Shown piece after piece: positions 43,236 to 55,639 of a stretch of DNA of 64,000 nt (the first letter of the stretch is position 1; every line of letters begins with the position of its first letter). Made by a program: the position numbers and the translations under genes. The stretch is from Eledone cirrhosa (Eukaryota). A model generated the notes under the pieces. That model was not told the DNA's origin, did no database searches, and was given only the letters and a program-made list of their open reading frames with translations. Location: the NCBI GenBank assembly GCA_964016885.1, contig OZ024743.1, positions 85,746,001 to 85,810,000 of the forward strand. Reading direction: 5' to 3'.

Positions 43236-44698
43236 TAGGAGGTGAGTTTTATTGTAGTACAATAAAGCAATGCAGATATCGGATAAGAAGCACTCTACAG
43301 TTTGTAGGACTGGAGTATACATAATATATAATAACAAAAGATGGTTAAAAGAGTTCCATGTATTTTATTATGCGCATTTCAAAAACAAATATCATCATGT
43401 AATAATATTTGTGTTTTCATCAGATAAAACAGGAAGACATGATATGAAGATTAAAAAACACTTGTGGATAGTGCAGTTTTAAATCAACATATGAAAAGTA
43501 GTTTTAGATTGATGTGTGATAATGGGAAAAATATTGATTTTGAGGGGGGTGGGGGTGGAAAGGATGAAAAAGAGGAGGAGATGAGAGTAAAAAGTGGAGA
43601 GGGAGGAGTATAATGACGAAGGATGAGATAGGAGGAGAGATGGGTGATAGAGAGAGAGAGATAGCTTTTATAACTGAGAAAGGTATATTGTTTTACATAG
43701 AGAGGTTGAAAACCGTTGGAAGATAATGTATAAATTAAAAGAATTTGAAAATTAATGAAGAGAAAAATAATGTAAAGTTAAGGTTTGTATATTGAGGGGT
43801 TTAATAATGTGTGCGATGAAAAGAAAATGTTAATATGTATTAAGAATAATATTTAAGTGTTTAATAACATGTGCGATGAAAAGAAAATGTTAATATGTAT
43901 TAAGAATAATATTTAAGGGTTTAATAACATGTGCGATGGAAAAGAAAAAGTTAATATGTATTAAGAATGATATTAAGGGTTTAATAATATGTGCGATGGA
44001 AAGAAAATGTTGATATGTATTATTAAAAAGAATAACAGGTAATTTAAGTAAGGATATATTGTGAGATGAGCATGAATGAGTTAGATGAAAGGGAGAAAAA
44101 TAATGAATTGAGGATGAATAATCTAACGTCAAAAAAATGTTTGTTTACGATGGATTTTTACAAGGTGATATAGAGTAAGAATGTATTGTATTATGTAATA
44201 ATTGATTCTATGTTAGGCAACAGTGAGAAAAGGTACAGATTAGGGGTTAGACATTAAAAGAAAAAGAGAAGAAAGGGAAGTGATAAATAGGAGCGATATA
44301 TAGAATGAGTAACAAGTATTATAGAATGTATAATAACCTTTGAAATAAGGTAGAAAGATGGGTATATTTTTAAAGAAGTGTATATATATATATGTGCCTT
44401 TGAGAAAAAGATTCTAAATTGATAAAGAATATTAGCTGTATACTTTGTGGAATGTTTTGTGTAATTTATGCAAGCAGATAGAAAACAAGTCAGTGCGTCT
44501 ATTTATTATAGAATCTAAATTAGATATAATGGTAAATTTTTCATTTAGACAGAGATTGCAAATTTTGGATAGAGAACTGTTCAAGTATGGAGACGCAGAA
44601 GAAACCTTCTTCCAAAAGATGCTATATTTAATATTTTTGTCTTTCAAGGACCATATGAGCTCTGAGAGAGCCGTGTTGGTTCTTTTAAGTTTGTATTT
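43236..44698 (-). mobile_element. PLE family B, second diverged 5'-truncated copy
   Basis: Both ends match the reverse complement of 31020-32463; FKYKLKRTNTALSELIW..CNLCLNEK. Confidence 0.9.
43796..44022. repeat. 60 bp minisatellite, ~3.7 copies
   Basis: ttaataa(c/t)(a/g)tgtgcgatg(a/g)aaagaaaa at 43801, 43861, 43921, 43981. Confidence 0.92.
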
Positions 44699-44720
44699 AA
44701 ATACAAACTTCTGTAGAAAC

Positions 44721-44962
44721 AAAATGGCGTAGGACAGAACAAAGGAGAGGCACAAAAACAAAGAAAGGAATCCCCAGTCACTGAAGAGGTCACAGAGTGT
44801 GTGACGAAAGAACTATGACAATATATAAACTACTATCTGGTTGTGGAACCAACCAACCAACCAGAAATTTATAAATTTATAAATTTATTATAATAAATTG
44901 AAGTGAAAGCAACTGGTGCATGTGTTTCTTATTGGCAACATGACCCTCCCAAAGTATAACGA
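44721..44962 (+). mobile_element. Short non-coding HHR element (HHR at 44777-44819)
   Basis: gtca CTGAAGA g-gtcaca-gagtg-tgtgac GAAA gaacT A tgac; ends directly in (TA)n. Confidence 0.78.
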
Positions 44963-45024
44963 TATATGTATATATATATGTATATATGTATATATGTATA
45001 TATATATATATATGTATATATGTA

Positions 45025-45074
<50 letters not shown>

Positions 45075-45117
45075 TATATACATATACATATACATATATA
45101 TATACATATATATATAC

Positions 45118-45487
<370 letters not shown>

Positions 45488-45670
45488 ATATATATATACA
45501 TGTATATATATGTATATATATATATATATATACATGTATATATATATATATATATATACATGTATATATATATATGTATATATATATATGTATATATATA
45601 TGTATATATATATATGTATATATATATGTATGTATATATATATATGTATGTATATATATATATATGTATA

Positions 45671-45721
<51 letters not shown>

Positions 45722-46187
45722 ATATATATATGTATATATATATATGTATATGAAAACCATGTGCGTATTTAGCTACGGGGTTCCTTCTCATTATCGGACG
45801 GATTTCCCGTTGAAGAAGCTTTTCCACCGTCCCCCCTTCTCTAGAAGTCTCATATATATTTTTTATGTGGGCTGATAGTGATCGGAGTAAGGAATTGAAG
45901 AAACCCATGAAGCTAGATTTAACATCTTTCTAGCGGGTCCGGGTAAGTTTTTATATTCATTTAATTTATTGATTTATTGATATTTTATTTGAGTTAACCC
46001 GAATCTTCCTGGTCGATCTTTCGGCTGTTGGGTGATTTTAGACATGATCTCTATGTGTTAGCATTTTAACGATAGTTATAGCTCTGATTTACCCAAATTA
46101 TTGAGCCCTCTGCTACGCATATCGTATTTGTTTATCGTAAATTCGTAAGCTGACTCTCCGATTCTCGATTATTCTACTATATATATG

Positions 46188-46241
<54 letters not shown>

Positions 46242-46805
46242 AATATGTATATAAATATGTATATAAATATGTATATAAATATATGTATATATATGTATAT
46301 GTATATGTATATATATATATATATGTATGTATATATGTATATATATGTATATATATACATATATATGTATATATACACATACATATGTATATGTATATAT
46401 ATGTATATGTATATATATGTATATGTATATATATGTATATGTATATATATGTATATGTATATATATGTATATATATATGTATATGTATATATATGTATAT
46501 GTATACATATACATATATATACATATATATACATATACATATATATACATATATATACATATATATACATATATGTATATATATGTATATGTATATATAT
46601 ATGTATATGTATATATATATGTATATGTATATATATGTATATGTATATGTATATATATGTATATATATATATGTATATATATATATGTATATGTATATAT
46701 ATGTATATGTATATGTATATATATGTATATGTATATATATGTATATGTATGTATATATATGTATATGTATATATATGTGTTTATATATATATGTATATAT
46801 ATATG

Positions 46806-46884
<79 letters not shown>

Positions 46885-46885
46885 G

Positions 46886-46916
<31 letters not shown>

Positions 46917-46917
46917 G

Positions 46918-46950
<33 letters not shown>

Positions 46951-46951
46951 G

Positions 46952-46982
<31 letters not shown>

Positions 46983-47583
46983 GTCAGGTCACCACTTGGT
47001 GCTACTGGTAACATGTATCCCAGTACAACCTGTCTCATGGTCGGGTCGTTGGCGACTAAACTGGCAACCCCACCAAGGTTTCTTGGTGAGGAGGGTGACT
47101 TTGGACATCCTGCAGGACTAAAAACAAAACCTGTCAAAGGGAAAAGGAGCTCTTAAGAGTCAATGGCCATCCAAAATCACTGGGAGAGATGACCTTTTGT
47201 CAAGGCAGATTTCTAGGAGAAGGAAGACTGATATAACACTTGCAACCCTGATGGTATCCAATGATGTTGACTTGTTCTTCTTTTTGGTAAATATCATCTT
47301 GGTTAAGAGAGTGGGACTGGCTTTGTGCAGTGCCTTTGCTCACTATAAAAGCTTCACGGCACAGGCATTGCTTTATATCTGGAGATCTCTCTGCACTTGT
47401 CGTCACATGGTACCATGGGCCCAGCACTATGTGTCAATGATTGTCACAAGTGTAGTGTTTGTACCAGAGTTTTCAAGTCGCTGGCTGGACTAAAAAGTCA
47501 CATTCGTTCAGCGTATCGGTGGGGGTTCTCCTACATGGATATAAAGTAGTGGCCGTATTCGAAAACGAGTTGGCAGCCACCAT
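46983..47583 (+). mobile_element. Probable internally deleted RTE derivative (5' UTR-like part + ORF end)
   Basis: CSVCTRVFKSLAGLKSHIR zinc-finger-like remnant at ~47449-47507 resembles RTE ORF C-termini; flanked by (TA)n. Confidence 0.55.
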
Positions 47584-47611
47584 ATATATATGTATGCATA
47601 TATGTATGTAT

Positions 47612-48390
47612 ATGACCGATCTGCGGAAAAAGTTTGTATTTTGAATTTTAAACGTGTCTAGGTACCAAGGCTTTTTGCCCATATGAGTCTGTGAGTATTG
47701 ATTTATTATTTTCTAGATCGTACAGGCAGACCTTATGTTGTTGAATTAAGATTTTTCACTCTAGCGATCTTATTAGTCAATTGCAACTATAACATGTAAA
47801 TGTTCATCAAATATTAATTTATACTGCTCAGAAGCGATTCCTAGAGCTGAAATGATTGTAAATGACCTCTCTGAGTCTAAACTCTAAGCTATTTATCACT
47901 GCTCCCCAAGGTGAGCTGAATTTTGTAATCCCATACAAACGGCTGTTATTTCTAGCACTATGTGTGGGACGTTAGAGGACTGGAATAAGCCGTGTGCAAA
48001 ACCTCGTGTATTTTCGCTACGCTAACCAGACCGTAGATATTTTTCTGAGGTTGAGTTATTTTATTTTTATCTGGGTGCCTATTGATAAACACAGAAAAAG
48101 TTGATTAACTCACTGCTAATTAGTTAATTATTTTACTATTATACCATCCTTTGTGAAACATGTTTGAAGTTTGAAGTTCTGACCGATCTGCGGAAAAAGT
48201 TTGTATTTTGAATTTTAAACGTGTCTCGGTACCAAGGCTTTTTGCCCATATGAGTCTGTGAGTATTGATTTATTATTTTCTAGATCGTACAGGCAGACCT
48301 TATGTTGTTGAATTAAGATTTTTCACTCTAGCGATCTTATTAGTCAATTGCAACTATAACATGTAAATGTTCATCAAATATTAATTTATA
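47612..48390 (+). repeat. 568 bp unit, 1.4 copies (direct repeats 47612-47822 and 48180-48390)
   Basis: tgaccgatctgcggaaaaag...aaatattaatttata occurs twice, nearly identical. Confidence 0.92.
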
Positions 48391-48871
48391 TATATATATA
48401 TTATATATATATATTATATATATTATATATATATATTATATATATATATATATTATATATATATTATATATATATATATATATTATATATATATATATTT
48501 TATATATATATATATATTATATATATATATATTTTATATATATATATATATTATATATATATATATTTTATATATATTATATCTATATATATATATTTAT
48601 ATATATTATATATATATATATATATTTATATAAACAATGAGTTATTTAATTTGTTGATTATTCAACAAAGTTAATTTATAACAGATTAGAAGCACTCAAC
48701 AGTATCCTTCTGGAATATAATATCAATAATATTAATAAATGGAAACTATCTTTATAAAACCATAGTTATAATATATATATTTCAAGAGTACCAGTTTTAT
48801 TCACTATTTACATATGAACTTAGTGACATATCTTCATAGAACTCATAACATTAGCTGTAAACCAATTTTTG

Positions 48872-48930
48872 TATTTTATCTGACGATAGCATACCAAATT
48901 ACTGGTTCCCTTGAAATATATAATAAAATA
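48872..48930 (+). ncRNA. Type I minimal hammerhead with an upstream inverted partial copy (48724-48800)
   Basis: tattttat CTGACGA tag..acca/tggt..ctt GAAA tataT A ataaaata; 8 bp stem I. Confidence 0.75.
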
Positions 48931-50382
48931 AATATGGTTTTATAAAGATGGTTTCCACTTATTAATATTATATCTATACATATTAATTCCAAATATTAAC
49001 AAAACATATTCTTGTGATCAATTAAAAAAAAAAAAAAAAAATTGCAGGCCTTGTGCCTAAATCAGAACCCATTATTATTACACATTTCAACATTGAGTTC
49101 AAATCCTACTTTAGACAACTTTGCCTTTCATTCTTAGTGGGGGGGGGGGGGGGGGAGATAAAGTAGAGTATTAGTTAAGTACTGGGCTGGATATAATTGA
49201 CTTTCTCCTCACCCTAAATTGCTGGCCTTGTGCCTAAATTAGAAATTACTGCATACAGGGGGAAAAACCAAACAGACTTTATCCTCTTTATTTGTCAGCG
49301 TCATTGTCTTTAGGTGCTATCATTTGTCAGAAAAAGACACTTTCTCACTGCTTTCCTCCATATAATTGGAAGGTGATGACAACAGAATAATGGTAATGAA
49401 AGGTTTGGCAATTTAACTTTTGTTTTGTTTTTTTTTTCCTATAAAAATACAGATTATTATACCACAAAACTATGTTAGTTAATTAATAGCTTAAATCTAA
49501 TTCTACCCTTATTCCAATCCAACTCTGAAAAGAGAAGAAAGGAAAGATTCCTTATACAGCTTCTTTACACAAGTTCAATTCCAGATGGTTTCAGTCTACA
49601 AGTTAAGAAAAAAAAAAAAAGGAAGACAAGTTTGTTTTTCTGTTTTAGAATACACAAGACAGTTTCATTGAATTTTATTATTATTATTTTTTTTTTAATG
49701 TATTTTTCCTTTGATATTATCACAGTTACACAAGAAAAAATCCACCTAGTTGAGTAATCCTCTGTTACATTGTCACTGAAGACTTCAGATGATATTTATA
49801 TACATCCCTCTTTCTCCCCACGCAATACATAAATACACGTGTGTGTGTGTGTGCGTGCGTGCGTGCGTACACACACACACAAAATAGGGAGCGCATAGGA
49901 CAAAGACAATGGAAAAAAAATAACATAATGACAGACAATCCCATCTCCTCAGTCAACCTCTGGAAATCACTATGGTTTCGATTTATTAACCCTTTAGCAT
50001 TTGATCCGGTCAGAATTCTCACCTCTTTCTGTTCAAACTGGCTGTAACCGGTTGCTCATACTGATTTTAAGGTATTGTTTTCAAAATAAATAATATCAAA
50101 ATCTCATAGATTCGATATTATGTGAGGTAAATATGTAAAGTAAAGCCTTTACCGAGAAGATATAATAGTAAATATAGAGTAATGTAAAGGGTTGATGGTT
50201 AGGGTCGATACCATTTATTCCAGTGCACACTGGGACATAAAACAAGTAGAGACAAGTTATGGCTTTAGGCAGATTACACAAATATAGAATGTACAAGGTA
50301 CACACACACACACACGTGTGTGTCGATTCTATAATTCTTCACTACAGTCACGGAAGACTTCCAACGTTCATTTATATACATT

Positions 50383-50414
<32 letters not shown>

Positions 50415-50530
50415 GTATGTCCCAAAAATAAATGAAAAAAAAAACCCCCCCAAACACCCCTTAATTTTTCCCAACAGAGCATTTCTGCCCTAGTTTGCTT
50501 TCCACCTTGAATACAAAATCTTTATAACTG

Positions 50531-51871
50531 CTATCTTGTTTTCTTTACAACAACTTTCTGATTAGCAGCAGGTTTCTGATTAAGTCCAGTACTAGTTTTA
50601 GGGATAGCTGCAGCATTGGCTTTAGGTTTAGGTTTAGGTTTAGGTTTAGGTTTTGGTGGAAACATTTTATGAACTTCTTTGTTTATTTCATACAAAGTTT
50701 GATTAAATTTCAGCTGAATAGAATCAGATAGAAAATTATTGTTGATCAAGTTTCGAGATTTCTCGTCCAGTTTCACTAACGTAGACAACCACATTTTTAA
50801 CATAGCTCCATTATGCCAAGCGTTACCTACCAAATATTTACAGGTCTTATTGTCAGAGAAACATCGCAAACCAGTAGCTTCATTTAACGTGAAAATATTT
50901 ACCAGAGTGTGGTATGTTACATTAGAGATTTTTGATGGTAACAGACCATAGAGATAAACGTCATCTACCCAGAAAAATGGCGTGGTGAATGAGGCCTGGT
51001 ACATGGCCCGTATGAGATCGGGTGCGATAAACACAGCATAGCCATTACAATAAGGTGTTGGGTAGTACTTCAAACCACGAAACTCATCGTCATTCACTAT
51101 CCATTTTAGATGGTCTTTTGCCCTAATGATTGGACTTGTATTTTTATTCCGTACGTGACAGAGTATGTAATGAGAACGATGTCCATATTTTGGTAAAATA
51201 TCGTTGAATAACTTGAAAACATCCACATAGACATCATCGTCGACTTTGATCACCATTTTGGCATGCTGGCAGTTTTCACTTATCCAACGGAAACCAAGGA
51301 CTCCCTTATGTGTTAAGTTTCTATAAGAATCCATAAAGTCACCCTGCACTATATCTCCATAGATTAAATTTTCATTAATGATACTGAATTGAATTTTGGG
51401 GTCTTTTGTCCTTCCCAACAAAAACACAATTCTCAGTGAAATATTCCTATAAAAATGTTTATTAGCCCATGTCTGGCGCATTGAGTGACGCCGATCCAAA
51501 TGACTGGGGGCTGTATGGACAATGATAATAAAAGTCAAGTTATTCACACCTTTACATATATCTGGGTTGTTTATGAGATAGGGGGAGTCAATAGTTAAAG
51601 GGTAGATTGTTTTACGACGATTATTCCATTTCTGTTCCAATTTTGTTGTTGTCTTTATCGTGGTGCTGGGGATGGTGAAAAGGTTATTTTTAATAATTGA
51701 TGAAAACTGCAGCTTCTTAGAGAAGTTTTGGTTGTTAGGTGACACTGGTGCAAGTTTGATGACTAGTCCAGTGCTAGAGTAAACTAACAAATTGTTAATG
51801 GTAGCGAGTATAAAACAAACTCCTATAACCGCAGATAGAATACTGAGAGGAATAACTTTACGACACCTCAT
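50531..51871 (-). CDS. GT31 family beta-1,3-galactosyltransferase-like type II membrane glycosyltransferase, single coding exon (446 aa from the first ATG)
   Basis: N-terminal TM helix; RRHSMRQTW; VFLLG; YGDIVQGDFMDSYRNLTHK; KVDDDVYV (DxD); YCNGYA; DDVYLYG; uninterrupted frame. Confidence 0.93.
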   Translation of the reverse strand: MRCRKVIPLSILSAVIGVCFILATINNLLVYSSTGLVIKLAPVSPNNQNFSKKLQFSSIIKNNLFTIPSTTIKTTTKLEQKWNNRRKTIYPLTIDSPYLINNPDICKGVNNLTFIIIVHTAPSHLDRRHSMRQTWANKHFYRNISLRIVFLLGRTKDPKIQFSIINENLIYGDIVQGDFMDSYRNLTHKGVLGFRWISENCQHAKMVIKVDDDVYVDVFKLFNDILPKYGHRSHYILCHVRNKNTSPIIRAKDHLKWIVNDDEFRGLKYYPTPYCNGYAVFIAPDLIRAMYQASFTTPFFWVDDVYLYGLLPSKISNVTYHTLVNIFTLNEATGLRCFSDNKTCKYLVGNAWHNGAMLKMWLSTLVKLDEKSRNLINNNFLSDSIQLKFNQTLYEINKEVHKMFPPKPKPKPKPKPKANAAAIPKTSTGLNQKPAANQKVVVKKTR

Positions 51872-52117
51872 AATGGCCAGATTCAAGAAGTAACTTGTAA
51901 CCTATCAATTTCTCCTTAAATAGTGAAAGTTTGTCATCTGGTGCAGGAGAAGATTAAAGTCCACGACTTCTCATATGTTGAAGTGAAGCTGGAAAACAGA
52001 ACAAAAAGAATGTTCAGTTGACAGAAACAAACAAATAAATAATACAAAAAACATGTTATGTGAGGGCTGTCATCCTTTTTTCGAAGTAAACAAAAAACTG
52101 GAGTATTATTTAACTTC

Positions 52118-52300
52118 ATTGGCAGTATCGGTAGAGGGTCGGACGCCATGCTTTGACGCATAGAGTTACGGCCCTTGCCATACTGAGTTCAAATCCCGCC
52201 GAGGTTAACTTTGCTTTCATCCTTAAGGGGTCGATAAAATAAAGTACCAGTAATGTACTGGTTATTGCTGGCCTTGTGCCAAAAGTAGAAACAATTATTT
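52118..52300 (+). mobile_element. tRNA-derived SINE (relatives at 53990-54185 +, 55317-55505 -, 49090-49250 +, 60590-60700 -, 61600-61690 +)
   Basis: A-box tggcagtatcgg, B-box gagttcaaatcc, body ggggtcgataaaataaagtaccagt, tail ggccttgtgccaaaagtagaaacaattat. Confidence 0.85.
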
Positions 52301-52539
52301 AACTTCAACTGAAAATAAGAAAAAAAAGTATTTTGAAAATGTTTTATTTTATTGGGATCGCAGGGTTGTTTTTAGGTACTCTCGGGTCCCAAATAAACAA
52401 GGAAGAGGGGGGGGGGGGGAGGGGTCTGAAAAATTAATAAGTGGGGGGCGTTAATTCGAGATCCAAGTATAGGTGGGAAGGCGAATAGAACGAAGCATGT
52501 GCAGATACACAATATGTACAGGGTTTTAAAATAACATTT

Positions 52540-53280
52540 TCAATACCTTCTTCGCCCACTTATTCCTGAGAGGTTCGTGGATGTAGAGCCCTCAAACACT
52601 CCTTCCAGAGGGTCCTGTCAGAAGCAACCATCTCTAACCGATTCGGTTGGATTCCCAAGCATGACCAGCCAAGCTCATGGATGTTATCCAACCATCTTGG
52701 TCAGGGTCTACCCCAAGATCTCTTGCCGGTTGGTTTTGCCCGTAAAATCTGTCCAGCGATTACTTCCCGAGACATTCTAACCACATGCCCATAGTATCAG
52801 AGCTGTGATTTCTCACTTCAGAGAAGTAGCGGCTCTACCTGGAGTGACTATCTGATCTTTGAGCTACGCACTCCATCGAGTAACATTACTTCAAAGACCC
52901 TTCGGAGGAAGCCATTTCGGCTGCTTGTATTCGCAATCATGTTCTTTTGGTCATTACCCAAGATTCAAGTAAGGGTTGGTATGACGAATACCAAATTGAA
53001 TATAGCGAGTTTGGCTTTTACGCCTACCTCCCTTCTGAATGCTGAATCTGGCGCAATACTGCTCCAACTCCTACAATGTTTGCATTTAATTCAGCCTCCT
53101 GCCTTCCATCACTCGTGAACACTGCCCTGAGATACTTGAACTTCTCTACCTGCTTCAGTGGAACTCCATTTACATGTAGCATGTACTGCGCAGGCTTCCT
53201 TGAAAGGACGAGTGTTTCAGTTTTCACAGCACTGATTTTCATTGCAGCCAATCAGCACTCGGCATCAAACCTATCGATAT
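52540..53280 (-). mobile_element. RTE-clade LINE 3' fragment, degenerate
   Basis: MKISAVKTETLV..LKQVEKFKYL..VFTSDG..GAVLRQ. Confidence 0.8.
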
Positions 53281-54202
53281 CTTAAAATATTTTTGAGTCT
53301 ATAAATAATCGAAAGTCTAAAGTTTACTTGAGTAAAAGTCAATCATTTACTATAACATCTATCGCTGTCTTATAAAAGTCCGTGTGTGGGTTGATGTTCT
53401 CTCTTTCCGTCTCTCTTGCTCTCCCCATCTCTCACTATTATAAGCAAACAGGAGCCCACGCGCTAGCCTCACCGCAGTCCTGGCGAACAGAATAGAGAAA
53501 GCGTTTCTCCGGAGGATGGTGAGGGAGATGCGTTAAGTTATAATACAATGGCGTGAAACTATTTGGATGGCCATCCATGATTATATATAGGCGTGTGTGG
53601 TGTATGGTGTGTGTGTGTATGTGTAGTGAGTCGAGGAGGTAGAAAGGAAAATCACTGTAGCGTTAGTAAATGTAAAATTAAAATGAAAGAACCCCCTGCC
53701 CCAACAAAAAATAAAAACAACTTTTCCGTTCATCAGCAACTTACGCCTGGTGACCCAGGTTTTTAGATCTTGCCCAACGGAGCTGTTTTTATGTGGAGAA
53801 ACGGATAATAAAAATTCATGTTAATGTTTGTATGAAGTGAAGATAGTGAAAGCATTTGCTAATGTCCATGTTTTTAAATGTATGTTTAAATGTAAATTAA
53901 TATTAAAAGATGATCTGATTGTAATGATATGCCTGGAAAAATGCATAACGTCACTGCCAGCCGAGTTAAATGGCATTATATAAACAACTGGTGGCGGTAG
54001 ATTGGCAGTATCGGTAGAGGGTCGGACGCCATGCTTTGACGCATAGAGTTACGGCCCTTGCCATTCTGAGTTCAAATTGCGCCGAGGTTAACTTTGCCTT
54101 TCATCCTTACGGGGTCGATAAAATAAAGTACCAGTAATACACTGGGTAATTGACGGCCTTGTGCCAAAAGTAGAAACAATTATATAAACAACTGATGAAA
54201 GA

Positions 54203-54460
54203 TACTCTCGGATTTCAATAATCGTCCCCCATCCACCTATTAAATGTTACTAATCTATCTCTGTAAGTGATTCATATTGATACAGCAGCTGGAGAATCTA
54301 ATAATTTTATTTTACATTAAAAAACATATGATAAAAAAAAGGATATTACAAGAAATCCCATATTTACGAACGCACACTATACAATTATCGATGTCCCCAC
54401 CTCCCTGGTTATAAGAATTTAAGCAAATACCCCTCCCCCATTATTTGGGACCCGAGAGTA
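54203..54460. mobile_element. MITE-like element with TA-flanked CTCTCGG termini (shorter relative at 52377-52469)
   Basis: tactctcgg..aataa at 54203 and ttatttgggacccgagagta at 54441-54460. Confidence 0.6.
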
Positions 54461-55004
54461 TGCGAGAAATAACGAGAACAACTCGAATATCAGAAGTCTT
54501 AATTCCATTACGAAGAACATGACGATCACAAAGGACCCAAACTAAATTTTCGAAAATATAAGGCAGCATAATGTTATAGTGTTATATAAGGCAGCATAAT
54601 GTTATAGTGTTATATCGGAAACGGGGGAGTCACTCCAGGTAGAGTCATTACTTCTTCACATCGAGGTCACAGCTCAAGCACTACCGTCTAAGGGGAAAAA
54701 AAAAATCACAGGACAGATTTTATGGGCGAAGGCAACTGGCAGGAGACCCAGAGTCAAAACACAAGCAAGATGATTAGATAACATCTTTAAGTTCAGTTAT
54801 TCTCGCTTGGGCATACACCCGGATCATTTGGAGATAGTTGCTTCTGTTAGATCTTTCGGGAAGGCGTCTGAGGATTCTTCCCCAATGACCTTCTCAGGAA
54901 TAGAGGAGTGAAAGGAGTTAAAACGTTGAATGCACACATGACAATGTCTAAAGTCTAGCCATTCTAAAATCTGTCTCAAGCCAGGAGGCTCGTCAGGCTG
55001 GTAC

Positions 55005-55242
55005 TTATCCCGATTTCGTGGCGTGAAGCGACTGAGAGTACAAGAATCCTCCCTGGACAGGATGCCAGTCCATCGCAGGGTTAAACCCCCAGCTACTGCT
55101 GATACTCATTTTCAGCTGAGTATACTGTAGCAACGTGAAATGAAGTATTTTGCTCAAGAACACAACACAACCCAGAAATCGTACACAAGACATTATGATC
55201 GCAAGTCCAACACCTTTACCACTAGGTTACACGCCTCCACAT
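55005..55242 (-). mobile_element. Second tRNA-derived SINE family with conserved central domain
   Basis: rc: tRNA-like head, ttgagcaaaatactt, cctgcgatggactggcatcctgtccaggg, gcttcacgccacgaaatcgggataag. Confidence 0.7.
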
Positions 55243-55639
55243 GACAAGACCGTATTTATTAATAGAATCATGAAAAGTACATAGAAATTTCAAATATGTC
55301 CGCTAGCCTACTTAATATAATTGTTTCTACTTCTGGCACAAGGCCAGCAATTATCCCAGTGTATTACTGGTACTTTATTTTATCGACCCCGTAAGGATGA
55401 AAGGCAAAGTTAACCTCGGCGGGATTTGAACTCAGACCATAAACGACCGTAACTCTTTGCTGCAAAGCATGGCGTCCGACCCTCTACCGATAATGCCAAC
55501 CCACCGATAGCCTACGTTATATAATAGTAATTCATCAGGATATAATGATTGAATGTTAATATTCATAAAATGCGATAAAACCTATTCGTTACATACACAC
55601 GTAAACAATGTAATACAATAACTATTTCCTACCCTACTT

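Noticed and set aside
47015-47070. HDV-like ribozyme (ccagt...acc/ggt...ctaa actgg)
   Set aside because: P2, P3 and J4/2-like pieces are visible but I could not build P1/P1.1 with correct spacing; needs a descriptor search
50621-50650. (TTTAGG)5 as an interstitial telomere
   Set aside because: It is not TTAGGG and is explained as in-frame Pro-Lys codons
52118-52200. tRNA genes
   Set aside because: A and B boxes belong to SINE heads; no cloverleaf, and they continue into SINE bodies
52377-54460. Single 2.1 kb DNA transposon bounded by a perfect 20 bp inverted repeat
   Set aside because: Each end has a nearer degenerate partner (~52455-52469 and 54203-54221), so two separate MITEs are more parsimonious; no transposase inside
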